32,000 bases of DNA from an uncultured Lentisphaeria bacterium (GCA_951812855.1 OX638337.1:900001-932000), one strand, 5' to 3'; shown: positions 9,098 through 19,150, counted from the first letter of the stretch. Notes: generated by a model not told the origin, from the sequence alone. Numbers and translations: made by a program.

Positions 9098-9754
9098 TCA
9101 TCCCGAATACTTTTGACTAAACCATTTCATGGTATTAGGTCTATCATTATTTTGTATAAAAATTTTCAGTTTATCCAGGTCCCTGGCATTGTCTATATCG
9201 AAACTTTTAGGTAATTCTTTAAAATTTATAGCGTATTTTTCTATTTGACGAATGGTTTGATTCATGACTCTGTCAGTCCCCCATTCTATATTTTTGAAAA
9301 TATTGGGTATCCATTTTGATTGACCAACCAGTACATATCCACCATCTTCTGATGGCTGAATAATTACGTCGGTACTATTTAAAGTAGAAAATGCATTTTC
9401 TATTTCCTCCGCAGAATGAGTTATACAGTCGCTGCCGATTATCACTGCTTTATTTTTATCTTTTGAAGTTAGTAAATTTTGAAACGTATCAGACATGCGT
9501 TCTCCAAGATTTATACCGTGTTGTTTGAAAAAAGAAACATTACCATAGATAATACTCTTAAAATTTGTCGAATTATATTCGGGAGGGTGCCAGATTTGTA
9601 CTTCGGTTCCACTGACAAGTGACATTGTTCGGCAAATATCCTGAAGCATGGATTTTGCCAGGCCTGCGGCATTAATATCACTGATTTCCTGTGCAAGTCG
9701 ACGTTTAGTTTTACCTGGAATCGGCGGTTTAGAATAGATACATATATAATTCAT
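9098..9754 (-). CDS. DUF2064 family protein (TIGR04282-type nucleotidyltransferase-like)
   Basis: 218 aa. IYSKPPIPGKTKRRLA start, VIIGSDCITHS and PSEDGGYVLVG motifs characteristic of DUF2064. Confidence 0.75.
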   Translation of the reverse strand: MNYICIYSKPPIPGKTKRRLAQEISDINAAGLAKSMLQDICRTMSLVSGTEVQIWHPPEYNSTNFKSIIYGNVSFFKQHGINLGERMSDTFQNLLTSKDKNKAVIIGSDCITHSAEEIENAFSTLNSTDVIIQPSEDGGYVLVGQSKWIPNIFKNIEWGTDRVMNQTIRQIEKYAINFKELPKSFDIDNARDLDKLKIFIQNNDRPNTMKWFSQKYSG

Positions 9755-10077
9755 ATAATGTTATAAAATGAAAAAGATTAAATTTCCTTCTTGAAAGTTA
9801 AGATAGAATAGTTGTCAATTGAGAATTTCACTATACATTTGAAGGAATTTTAATTCTTTCGGGTCAGTCAACTGTAGGATTTCTGTGGCTTCTCATGCAT
9901 ATTCTGGTGATATTTTTCATAAACATAATAATGAAGATTACATATGAGAGGTGCCTTTGCAGAGACTCACTGCCACATTTGTATCAATTTTCTTGTCAAT
10001 CAAATTATACTCAACAAACCGTGGAAAAAGTTTTCACGTTAACAGTTTGAATTTATTAATTTATAATCCTTAAAAAT

Positions 10078-12372
10078 ATGAAATTTTATATTTGTGCCAT
10101 AGTTAGTTTTTTCATCAGCAAAATGACGGTGTTATCCGCTGAGGAAATCAATAAATCTTCAGGAATGATTGACGGTTTAACGCTGTCAAGTTTTATAATT
10201 ATCGCCCCGACAGCATCTTTATTAGGTCTTGCTTTTGCTTTTTATTTTTTTAAGCAAATGATTCGTGCAGATGAAGGTACCGATCAAATGCGTGAAATTG
10301 CGGAACATATTAGAGATGGAGCAAAAGCATATTTGAGCAGTCAATTTCGAATTGTCATTATTGTAATGATGATCCTGTTTGTCATTCTTAGTGTCATGGC
10401 TTTTTTTAATCTTCAAAACCGGTTGGTACCATTTACCTTTTTAAGTGGTGCAATATTTTCAGGGCTGTGTGGTTATCTGGGAATGCAGACCGCGACACTT
10501 GCTTCATCCCGGACCGCACAAGGGGCTCGGGAATCATTAAACAGGGGATTACAAATTGCATTTCGTTCCGGTGCGGTGATGGGGCTGGTGGTGGTTGGAT
10601 TTGGATTATTTAACATATGGGCATGGTTTGTTTTTTTAGATAAAATCGTATATTCAAACGCACACATGATATCCGGATGGAGCATATTTGTTCAGCCGGG
10701 TTTTGATCCCGCCTTTAAGTTGTCAGAAATAACAACGGCGATGTTAGGATACGGAATCGGTGCTTCTTTACAGGCACTTTTTGCCAGAGTAGGGGGTGGC
10801 ATTTTCACAAAAGCTGCAGATGTTGGAGCGGATTTAGTTGGAAAAGTTGAGGCTGGTATTCCGGAAGACGATCCGAGAAATCCTGCAACAATTGCTGACA
10901 ATGTCGGTGACAATGTCGGTGACGTAGCAGGAATGGGGGCTGATTTATATGAATCTTATTGCGGTTCAATTATTGCAACCGCTGCTTTGGGTGCAGCATT
11001 GCCGATTACTGCAAAGGTCAGCGGGTTAGATGCTGTTGTCGCACCGATGGTTGTTGCAGGCATTGGAATTATTCTCTCAATTTTAGGAATTTTTCTGGTA
11101 AAATGCAAAGAGGACGCATCGATGACTACTTTACTTAAAGCGTTAGACAGGGGGACTTGGATCAGTACTCTGTTGGTCGTTGCGGTTCTTGCGGTTTTTG
11201 CCAAATTTGATTTTATTTCATGGGGAGTCTTCGGTTCTGTGGTTTCAGGACTGATTTCCGGTATTATAACAGGCTGGTTTACGGGCTATTATACCTCTGA
11301 TGAATATGAGCCGACAAAAGGAATTGCAGGACAGGCAGTAACCGGTTCAGCAACAACGATCATTGATGGTATTGCGGTTGGTATGATGTCTTCATGTATT
11401 CCTGTCATTACCATTGTGACTGGAATTTTATGTGCATATGGATTTTCGGGTGGTTTTACCGATCCTGATTCCGGGTTGTATGGAATCGGGTTTGCGGCAG
11501 TCGGTATGTTATCAACCCTGGGAATTACGCTTGCAACTGATGCCTACGGGCCAATTGCTGATAACGCGGGTGGAAATGCTGAAATGTCAGGGTTGCCCGC
11601 AGAGGTAAGAGAACGCACTGATGCACTGGATATGCTTGGCAATACAACAGCAGCAGTGGGTAAGGGATTTGCAATTGGATCAGCAGCATTAACCGCATTG
11701 GCACTTTTGGCAACGTATGTTTTGAGTGTTAAAACCTGGAGTCTGAAGCTGGGGCTGCCATTGGTTCAAATTAAAGATATGTCACTCATGAATCCAATGG
11801 TTCTATGTGGCATTTTTGTTGGTGGTATGATGGCATTTTTATTTTGTGCATTAACAATGAAGGCTGTCGGGCGTGCTGCCGGTGCTATGGTGACAGAGGT
11901 ACGACGGCAATTTAAAACCATCAGAGGGATCATGACATATGACGCTAAACCTGACTATGCGAAATGTGTTGCTATAGCAACAAACGCTGCTCAAAAGGAA
12001 ATGATGATACCTTCTCTGCTTGCAGTATTTGTTCCGATAATAACGGGACTGATCCTGGGGGTTCCGGGCGTTTTAGGAATGTTGGCCGGCGGTTTGGCAA
12101 CAGGCTTTTCTCTTGCGTGTATGTTAAATAATGCCGGTGGTGCATGGGACAATGCGAAAAAATATGTTGAAAAAGGAAATTTAGGGGGAAAGGGATCCGA
12201 TGTACATAAGGCTTGTGTCGTCGGTGATACTGTCGGTGATCCATTTAAAGATACTGCCGGCCCCTCATTGAATATTCTCCTGAAACTTATGAGTATGGTT
12301 TCCGTAATTTTTACACCGGTTATCGTTAAATTCTCACCCATTATTCAAAAAATCCTTCACATATCTAATTAG
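10078..12372 (+). CDS. hppA: Membrane-integral cation-translocating pyrophosphatase
   Basis: 764 aa, many TM helices. Motifs GGGIFTKAADVGADLVGKVE, DNVGDNVGDVAGMGADL, GNTTAAVGKGFAIGSAAL, DTVGDPFKDTAGPSLN. Possible alternative start at Met30 (10165). Confidence 0.95.
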   Translation: MKFYICAIVSFFISKMTVLSAEEINKSSGMIDGLTLSSFIIIAPTASLLGLAFAFYFFKQMIRADEGTDQMREIAEHIRDGAKAYLSSQFRIVIIVMMILFVILSVMAFFNLQNRLVPFTFLSGAIFSGLCGYLGMQTATLASSRTAQGARESLNRGLQIAFRSGAVMGLVVVGFGLFNIWAWFVFLDKIVYSNAHMISGWSIFVQPGFDPAFKLSEITTAMLGYGIGASLQALFARVGGGIFTKAADVGADLVGKVEAGIPEDDPRNPATIADNVGDNVGDVAGMGADLYESYCGSIIATAALGAALPITAKVSGLDAVVAPMVVAGIGIILSILGIFLVKCKEDASMTTLLKALDRGTWISTLLVVAVLAVFAKFDFISWGVFGSVVSGLISGIITGWFTGYYTSDEYEPTKGIAGQAVTGSATTIIDGIAVGMMSSCIPVITIVTGILCAYGFSGGFTDPDSGLYGIGFAAVGMLSTLGITLATDAYGPIADNAGGNAEMSGLPAEVRERTDALDMLGNTTAAVGKGFAIGSAALTALALLATYVLSVKTWSLKLGLPLVQIKDMSLMNPMVLCGIFVGGMMAFLFCALTMKAVGRAAGAMVTEVRRQFKTIRGIMTYDAKPDYAKCVAIATNAAQKEMMIPSLLAVFVPIITGLILGVPGVLGMLAGGLATGFSLACMLNNAGGAWDNAKKYVEKGNLGGKGSDVHKACVVGDTVGDPFKDTAGPSLNILLKLMSMVSVIFTPVIVKFSPIIQKILHISN

Positions 12373-12375
12373 ACG

Positions 12376-13032
12376 TTGAATAAACCTCCGGATTTAAGTG
12401 AAATAGAAGGACTTGTTTTACGTAAATTTGACTATTCTGAAACGAGTATTATCGCTGCAGTATTTGTGCGAACAGAAGGCATTAAGCAGTTTTTGATTAA
12501 GGGTGCAAGAAAGAACTCCAAAAAAGCATTCCCGCAAATTGATCTGTTCAGACATGTATCGATTATCTATAAACCCTCCTCAAATTCAGAATTAAATTCG
12601 GTGTCCAGTGCGGAATGTCTCACAATTTATGATATGATTGCCTCAAATATTAATAATTTCAAAGCAGGGAAATGGTTGTGTGAATTTGTCATTAAAAATT
12701 CGAAAGATGCAATCCCTATGATGAAGGTTTTTGATGCATTAAAGATCGCATTTTCCAGACTTGCAACAGCTAAAAGAGTTCAACGTATTCCGATAGTATT
12801 GTCAGTTTGTTTTATTATGTTATCAGAAAATGGGTTATTACCGGATTATTCAAATAGTGAAAACAGTGAAAAAGGAATAGATATACTCAGTGAATTTGCA
12901 TTGCAGGAAGATACTGACTATCCCGAATATTCACAGGAAACCTGGGAGTCTTTGAGTAATTGGATGTATAACTTCCTTGTTACACACGCAGAGTTTGTTG
13001 TCCCGGAAGGTTGGGGCGCCATCATGAATTAA
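12376..13032 (+). CDS. recO: DNA repair protein RecO
   Basis: TTG start 4 nt after the hppA stop. IEGLVLRKFDYSETSIIAAVFVRTEGIKQFLIKGARK fits the RecO OB-fold N-terminus. Length 218 aa. Confidence 0.7.
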   Translation: MNKPPDLSEIEGLVLRKFDYSETSIIAAVFVRTEGIKQFLIKGARKNSKKAFPQIDLFRHVSIIYKPSSNSELNSVSSAECLTIYDMIASNINNFKAGKWLCEFVIKNSKDAIPMMKVFDALKIAFSRLATAKRVQRIPIVLSVCFIMLSENGLLPDYSNSENSEKGIDILSEFALQEDTDYPEYSQETWESLSNWMYNFLVTHAEFVVPEGWGAIMN

Positions 13033-13090
13033 TTTTATTTATTCATTTTAATTTTAATCACTAAATTTTTTAAAAACTCGAAAAATATCT

Positions 13091-14527
13091 ATGACAGAAA
13101 ATACATTCGAAAATCCTTTGACGGATCGATATGCCAGTTACGAAATGATTCAGAACTGGTCTCCTCAGAAAAAGTTTTCAACGTGGCGTCAGCTTTGGCT
13201 TGTACTGGCAAAAGCTGAAAAGCAGTTGGGATTGGATATTTCCAATGACCAGATCACAGAAATGGAAACGAATCTTAATAATATTGATTTTGATTTGGCA
13301 CAAAAGAAGGAAAAAGAATTACGCCATGATGTGATGAGCCATATTTTTGCTTATGGCGTCGTGTGTCCAAAAGCAAAACCCATAATTCATCTTGGTGCGA
13401 CCAGCTGTTTTGTAACTGATAATTCAGAACTTATTCTAATCCGTGACAGTCTGAAAATTATCCGGAAGCGATTATTAAACCTTATCTCATCATTAAAGTC
13501 GATCACATTGAAATACAGGGACCTGCCAACCCTGGGATTTACTCATTATCAACCGGCTCAATTAACAACTGTCGGCAAGCGTATGTCACTTTGGTTATAT
13601 GACTTTCTTATGGATTTTGATGATTTAACAGATTTAATTAGAAATATAAATTTTCGAGGCGTTAAGGGTACAACAGGTACTCAGGGGAGTTATCTGGCAC
13701 TGTTTGAAGGTGATGGAGAAAAAGTAAAGAAATTAGACGTTCTTGTATCAGAGTTTATGGGATTTGATAAGAGTGTGCCTGTTTGTGGTCAAACATATAG
13801 TCGTAAGGTTGATTACAAAGTAATGAGTATTTTATCGGGGATTGCTCAATCTGCATATAAAATGGCTGGAGATATTCGTCATTTAATGAATTTGAAGGAG
13901 GTTGATGAACCCTTTGAAAAAGGTCAGGTCGGTTCAAGTGCCATGGCCTATAAACGAAATCCAATGAGAAGCGAACGGATTTGCTCACTGGCTCGATATG
14001 TCATATCCTTACCAGATAATGCAGCGAATACGCATGCAGGTCAATGGTTTGAAAGAACACTTGATGATTCTGCAAATCGTCGAATTATTTTACCTGAATC
14101 AACGATGGCCGTCGATGCAATTCTAGTGATAGCTAAAAACATTACTGATGGTTTAGTGGTATGGCCAAATGTGATCAAAAAACATGTATTGGAAGAACTT
14201 CCCTTTATGGCAACAGAAGTAATCATTATGGCAGCTGTAAAGGCCGGAGGTGATCGGCAGGAACTTCATGAAGCTATCCGCATTCATTCGATTGCTGCAT
14301 CAAATCGGGTAAAAGAAGAAGGCGTTGAAAACGATTTGCTTGATCGGTTGTCTAAAGATAATATTTTTAAAGCGGTACACGACAATTTGCCTGATTTCGT
14401 TGATCCTCAAAAGTTTATTGGTAGATCTTCAGAGCAGGTTGATGAGTTTGTTGATCGCTATGTTGATCCAGTTTTAGAAAGGAATAAACATCTTTTGGAT
14501 GATGAAAATCAGGAATTAACAGTTTAA
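13091..14527 (+). CDS. purB: Adenylosuccinate lyase
   Basis: 478 aa. NPLTDRYAS start, GVKGTTGTQ, and the fumarate-lyase signature GSSAMAYKRNPMRSE. Confidence 0.95.
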   Translation: MTENTFENPLTDRYASYEMIQNWSPQKKFSTWRQLWLVLAKAEKQLGLDISNDQITEMETNLNNIDFDLAQKKEKELRHDVMSHIFAYGVVCPKAKPIIHLGATSCFVTDNSELILIRDSLKIIRKRLLNLISSLKSITLKYRDLPTLGFTHYQPAQLTTVGKRMSLWLYDFLMDFDDLTDLIRNINFRGVKGTTGTQGSYLALFEGDGEKVKKLDVLVSEFMGFDKSVPVCGQTYSRKVDYKVMSILSGIAQSAYKMAGDIRHLMNLKEVDEPFEKGQVGSSAMAYKRNPMRSERICSLARYVISLPDNAANTHAGQWFERTLDDSANRRIILPESTMAVDAILVIAKNITDGLVVWPNVIKKHVLEELPFMATEVIIMAAVKAGGDRQELHEAIRIHSIAASNRVKEEGVENDLLDRLSKDNIFKAVHDNLPDFVDPQKFIGRSSEQVDEFVDRYVDPVLERNKHLLDDENQELTV

Positions 14528-14564
14528 ATGCTCAATCTTTTCTTAAGCGTCCAATTGGATGTTT

Positions 14565-14581
14565 AAGAATTTAGAATTCTT
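14565..14581 (+). terminator. Weak candidate terminator hairpin after purB
   Basis: AAGAATT-tag-AATTCTT, a 7-bp perfect stem followed by TCTTCATTCC. The stem is almost all A/T, so weak. Confidence 0.2.
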
Positions 14582-14769
14582 TCTTCATTCCTTCCTGATT
14601 TTGGACTTAAAAACAATGCACTATTGCGGGTGCAGCATAGTGGTAATTCCCCGGCTACCCAAGCTGGCCAGCCCGGAAATTTCACGATATACAGCTTTTT
14701 AAAACCCGAAGTCAGACTGACCTATTGTCAGCAAAGTAATTATAAATTAAATAAGGAAGAAGACTTCAG

Positions 14770-15099
14770 GTGACAAAGTGTACCCCCTGTTTACCAAATT
14801 TCCCACGTGTTAAACGTCGTGATATCAACATTGATTTTAACGGAGGCAATATCACCTCAGACAGCGAAATGTTACTGCTGCGTCAGGCAGTTCAGCGAAT
14901 CGGTTTAAGTAAACGTTTGTCAATGCTGATTGATGAACTTGGCTGCCATCCGGATCTCCAATCCCGTCATCGGCAGGATCCCCGCCCGCAACACCATTTT
15001 TTCTGAAACTAAAATCTTCTACGCTATTAACCAAATTGTGAAATTGAATAAAGACATTCGAATCCAGATAATCTGCCGTTCTATATCCAATTCATGTTC
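14770..15099 (+). mobile_element. IS1380-family transposase relic (N- and C-terminal stubs only)
   Basis: N-terminal stub KRRDINIDFNGGNITSDSEMLLLRQAVQRIGLSKRLSMLIDE (family pattern ..r....FdGG.itSD.G.LLLR...+..gl...l). After a frameshift, NTIFSETKIFYAINQIVKLNKDIRIQIICRSISNSC resembles the family C-terminus (TIR.KLlKIgA.V..s.RRi...l.S..P). The DDE core is missing. Confidence 0.6.
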
Positions 15100-15355
15100 T
15101 CAGGTTTAATCCGACACCCGGTGTTCTGTTTTGATTGGGAGTGCCAGGCAGCGAGGTATTTTGATTTAAAATCACAATGCGGTTCTCGGTTTAGCAGATT
15201 ATAGTAAATATTAATGAGAAAATACCCAGATGCCGTAAAAAATTAAACACGGTAACAATTTGGAACAGGCACATTAACATATTTAGTGGAATTACGCATT
15301 TATAATGCGAATGAGTTTTAAAAAAATAACCATTAACATATAGAGATTTATCGAG

Positions 15356-16360
15356 ATGAATTATGATGCTATACTCATAATGTCCTTTGGAGGACCTGAA
15401 AAAATGGAGGATGTTAAACCGTTTATTGATCACGTTCTCAAGGGAAAACATGTTCCGGATGAACGAAAAAACGAAGTTGTTCATCATTATGAATTATTTG
15501 GTGGAATCAGCCCGATAAATGAGCAAAATAGATTATTGATAAAAGCACTGAAAACAGAATTAACATCCCATAACATTAATATACCTATACACTGGGGCAA
15601 CCGAAATTGGCATCCTTTCCTTGCAGATACACTGAAAATAATGACCCGTGATTCAATCAAAAATGCGATTGCTTTCGTAACCTCTGCATTTAGCTGCTAT
15701 TCAAGCTGTAGACAATATTTAGAAGACATTGATCATGCAAGATCAGACGCGGGACCGACAGCCCCTGTCATAGATAAAGTTAGACCATTTTACAATCATC
15801 CGGGATTTATTGAAAGTAATGCGGAACATATTAAAACAGCTATTTCAAAACTATCTGATACCCCTGAAGATTCCGTTTGGATTGTTTTCACAGCTCATAG
15901 TATTCCAAATACCATGGCAGCATGCAGCGATTATGAAAAACAACTTAAGGAAAGCTGTAATTTGATCGCATCAGCACTTGATCATCCTCACTGGAGTTTA
16001 GCCTATCAAAGTAGAAGCGGCTCCCCTGACACTCCCTGGCTTGGCCCTGATATTTGTGATCATTTATCTGAATTAAAAGAAAAGAAATTTACTAATATAA
16101 TTATTGCACCGATTGGGTTCGTTTCCGATCATATGGAGGTTATTTTTGACCTTGATACTGAAGCTGCAGAATTTTGTGAGAACAATGGTATTCAGATGAG
16201 ACGGGCTATGACAGCGAGTTTACACCCTAAGTTTGTGTCAATGATTAGAGAACTTATTTGTGAAAGACTGTTTGATAATAAAAAACGCCGCTATCTCGGT
16301 AACATTGGACCGTCTCCAGATTTTTGCAGTCAAACCTGTTGTTTAACGAAACCGCTGTAG
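15356..16360 (+). CDS. hemH: Ferrochelatase
   Basis: 334 aa. AILIMSFGGPEKMEDVKPFI, YELFGGISPINEQ, FTAHSIP, PIGFVSDHMEVIFDLD. Confidence 0.95.
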   Translation: MNYDAILIMSFGGPEKMEDVKPFIDHVLKGKHVPDERKNEVVHHYELFGGISPINEQNRLLIKALKTELTSHNINIPIHWGNRNWHPFLADTLKIMTRDSIKNAIAFVTSAFSCYSSCRQYLEDIDHARSDAGPTAPVIDKVRPFYNHPGFIESNAEHIKTAISKLSDTPEDSVWIVFTAHSIPNTMAACSDYEKQLKESCNLIASALDHPHWSLAYQSRSGSPDTPWLGPDICDHLSELKEKKFTNIIIAPIGFVSDHMEVIFDLDTEAAEFCENNGIQMRRAMTASLHPKFVSMIRELICERLFDNKKRRYLGNIGPSPDFCSQTCCLTKPL

Positions 16361-16431
16361 TTTCTAATGACCCCCGATTCATTTCCCAAAGATCATTTAA
16401 GCCCTGCAGAACATAAAACAAACCGGTAAAC

Positions 16432-17178
16432 ATGAAGCCTTTGCATAAATCAACCCATATTATGTGGATCCATGGATGGGGCTCCAATCAGTCTGTCTGG
16501 GATCCCGTCATTCAATATCTTCCAGGATACTCACACTGCTGCCCATCGTTCTCTACCGCGGAAAAATTCACTGATTTGTTATCGTTGATTGAAGCCGAGT
16601 TGACACATGAAAATAATATTTTAGTTGGTTGGTCAATGGGGGGAATGTTAGCATTAGAAATTGCCGAAAAATTTCCGGACAGAGTCGAGAAACTGATTCT
16701 GATCAATTCCTCAACCAAATTTATCAGTTCTGATCCAGCCTTTGGCTGGTCGGAATCCGTCTTACGCCGGATGATTCGCAATCTTAATTGCGATTTCAAG
16801 ATTACATTAGATCAATTTATCAATTCTTGTTTTGATCAAGATCAATGTTCAAATAAATCGTTATCCGAATTTAAGAAAGTTCTATATCAAGATGATCCTG
16901 TTAATAATTGCGATTTCACACTTAATGCCCTGGTTGCCGGTTTAGACTATTTGATGAAAACTGATATTACACCGAACGCTGCAAGTATAGAAACTCCAAC
17001 ATTATGGCTGCACAGTCAAAATGATTCCATTTGTCCCGTTGGCGGGTTTAATCGAATGAAAAGCAGCTATAAAGATTCAATAATTCATCATTTTGAATTC
17101 CTGCCCGATGATGGACATATTTCGTTTTATCTCAATTCGAAATTAACAGCGGATTTAATTTATAATTTTATCACATGA
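16432..17178 (+). CDS. bioH: Alpha/beta hydrolase, pimeloyl-ACP methyl ester esterase (BioH-like)
   Basis: IMWIHGWGSNQSVW and nucleophile elbow LVGWSMGG. Its stop overlaps the bioC start (ATGA at 17175-17178). Confidence 0.7.
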   Translation: MKPLHKSTHIMWIHGWGSNQSVWDPVIQYLPGYSHCCPSFSTAEKFTDLLSLIEAELTHENNILVGWSMGGMLALEIAEKFPDRVEKLILINSSTKFISSDPAFGWSESVLRRMIRNLNCDFKITLDQFINSCFDQDQCSNKSLSEFKKVLYQDDPVNNCDFTLNALVAGLDYLMKTDITPNAASIETPTLWLHSQNDSICPVGGFNRMKSSYKDSIIHHFEFLPDDGHISFYLNSKLTADLIYNFIT

Positions 17179-18050
17179 CACATTCAATCAACAAACGTAT
17201 CGTTACGCATCACTTTAGTAACAGTGCTCATCATTATGATGATGTTACCCCAATTCAAGCTTCAATGGCATACGAACTGGCACAATCATCACTAAACTAT
17301 CTTAACCATACAGAAATTAAATCGATTATTGAAATCGGTTGCGGTACTGGAAATCTCACCCGTCACTTGGTAACACTGTTTCCAGATGCAACAATAACTG
17401 CCATTGACATTTCTCAATCAATGATTGATCATGCCAAAAAAAAACTTCCACAGTCAAGTAACATTAATTTTATGAATGCAGATGCAGAATCTATTGCCGG
17501 GGATAACTGTGTTTTACCCAAATCAAATTTGATCATCTCAAATGCAGCAATCCAATGGTTTTCAGCCCCGTTGACAACCATCCGAAAGTATGCTCGTTTG
17601 TTACAACCTGGAGGATTATTAAGTTTTTCAACATTCGGCCCCCAAACATTTACAGAACTGTATCAATCATTTAGTTACGCTGAATCTGAACTCCAAATAT
17701 CGCACACTCCCAGGGTATTAAATTTTTGTTCTGAGCAGGATTGGCTTGACATATTTTCACATTCAGAAGAGTATGACATTATTACAGACAGCAAAATAAA
17801 AAAGCAGACCTATTCCAGTGTTAGAGAGTTTCTTTTAACGATCAAAAAAGCCGGAGCGTCAAATGCACGTAAAAACAGCACGATATATATTGGTAAGGAT
17901 CTCTTCAAAAGTATGGAAAGAATATATAAACAAAACTATGCGACCCCGGATAAAACGAGAATAATTGCAACGTATCACATCCTGTATGGATTTTTAAATC
18001 GAAATGAATCAGACAGGATTTCATCCCCCGGCACACCCCAACCTGCGTGA
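17175..18050 (+). CDS. bioC: Malonyl-ACP O-methyltransferase (BioC-like SAM methyltransferase)
   Basis: FSNSAHHYDDVTPIQ start typical of BioC. SAM motif I EIGCGTGNLT. ISNAAIQW. Translationally coupled to bioH. Confidence 0.8.
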   Translation: MTHSINKRIVTHHFSNSAHHYDDVTPIQASMAYELAQSSLNYLNHTEIKSIIEIGCGTGNLTRHLVTLFPDATITAIDISQSMIDHAKKKLPQSSNINFMNADAESIAGDNCVLPKSNLIISNAAIQWFSAPLTTIRKYARLLQPGGLLSFSTFGPQTFTELYQSFSYAESELQISHTPRVLNFCSEQDWLDIFSHSEEYDIITDSKIKKQTYSSVREFLLTIKKAGASNARKNSTIYIGKDLFKSMERIYKQNYATPDKTRIIATYHILYGFLNRNESDRISSPGTPQPA

Positions 18051-18118
18051 GTCGAAATAAAATAAAACTCTGAGCCGGCAAATTAGCAGTTTCTTCTAAC
18101 CCAAACGGTGATCAATCT

Positions 18119-18445
18119 TTAATTGATAATATTATCAATTCTCTCTCTCAATCCCCCACGAAGAAAGGGTTTGACAATATAATCAGCAGATGCACCGACA
18201 TTAATGGCATCCACAACTTAAACTCGATCGTTAACAGATGAACAGGCAGTACCAATAACACGGATGAGTTTTAACAGTGTTGTTTGCCAGGTTCCTCAAT
18301 GGCAATCGTTGTTCATGGGAACAGCCAATTCTCAACCCGTTCATCAACATTTACTTCGAGAATTTTATCGAGCTGTTGTCACTGCACTTAACCCGGATCG
18401 TCCCGGTAGAAACGAACCTCGAACCCAAAAAAGAAGACCCGGAAA
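18119..18445 (-). pseudogene. CheY-like response-regulator receiver domain relic
   Basis: Minus-strand reading MNNDCH*GTWQTTLLKLIRVIGTACSSVNDRV*VVDAINVGASADYIVKPFLRGGLRERIDNIIN* follows the receiver pattern D..MPgmdG.eLlk.Ir......vi.lTa......v.a...GA.dYi.KPF, with at least two in-frame stops. Further upstream the frame is broken. Confidence 0.6.
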
Positions 18446-18649
18446 ATACCGGTGAATGAACAAACCGGGTGAGCAGATATAAGGATTATATGTCAGCAAA
18501 TTTTACTCAACCGAAAACATGCTTTTTAACCCTTAACTCAGTGTCATTTTGGTGATACCCATTTTATAAAAATTTTAAAATATGCTTCTTACTAAACACC
18601 AATAGAGGTATACTTTTGTAAGAAACTAAAAATTAGAAAGGATTTTGTA

Positions 18650-19150
18650 ATGGCAAAAATAAAACTTCATGGCGATACCCTGGAAACAATTGGAGAATTA
18701 CCTCAAAAAGACAGTAGAGCACCTGATTTTTCAGTAACAAGAGGCGATTTATCTGAAGTAACTCTTCACGATTATTCAGGAAAACGTTTAATCTTAAACA
18801 TCTTCCCGAGTGTCGATACACCAACATGTGCAACATCGGTTAAACGATTTAACGAAGAAGCTGGAAACCTTGATAATACAAATGTCCTATGCATTTCAGC
18901 TGATTTACCATTTGCTGCGAGTCGGTTTTGTGGTGCAGAAGGAATTAGTAATGTTGAAACAGGTTCGGTTTTTCGCTCTGAAGAATTCGGAAAGAACTAT
19001 GGGGTCGAAATTACAACCGGTGTACTGAAGGGCTTATTATCGCGTGCTATCATCGTAATAAATGAATCTGGAAATGTGATTTATTCAGAACAAGTTTCTG
19101 AAATAGCTGACGAACCAAATTATTCCGCAGCATTGGCGGCACTTAACTAG
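18650..19150 (+). CDS. tpx: Thiol peroxidase (atypical 2-Cys peroxiredoxin)
   Basis: 166 aa. FPSVDTPTCATS peroxidatic Cys motif and resolving Cys context SADLPFAASRFCGAEG. Confidence 0.95.
   Translation: MAKIKLHGDTLETIGELPQKDSRAPDFSVTRGDLSEVTLHDYSGKRLILNIFPSVDTPTCATSVKRFNEEAGNLDNTNVLCISADLPFAASRFCGAEGISNVETGSVFRSEEFGKNYGVEITTGVLKGLLSRAIIVINESGNVIYSEQVSEIADEPNYSAALAALN

Noticed and set aside
8503-9214. ORFs 8732..9214 (+, 160 aa) and 8503..8979 (-, 158 aa) as intact genes
   Set aside because: Each overlaps a well-supported gene (DUF2064 or uspA) on the opposite strand for a large part of its length. Only the 8714-9095 minus-strand part shows any family resemblance, and it is treated as a relic.
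10896-10923. Tandem repeat GACAATGTCGGT x2 in hppA, and (GAT)5 at 29003-29017
   Set aside because: The first encodes the conserved DNVGDNVGD motif of all membrane pyrophosphatases. The second is a short Asp run inside a pseudogene. Neither is a structural repeat of interest.
10222-12341. Nine antisense ORFs (60-116 aa) inside hppA, with similar ones inside the ABC-F, nadD-Nudix, purB, pyrK, GldG-like and ABC ATPase genes
   Set aside because: All lie opposite strongly supported genes. They have low-complexity or unfamiliar sequence with no motifs, which is typical of shadow ORFs.
14627-14680. tRNA gene beginning GCGGGTGCAGCATAGTGGTAA
   Set aside because: No D-stem, anticodon stem or T-loop (GTTCRANNC) could be paired by eye. 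At best it is a fragment.
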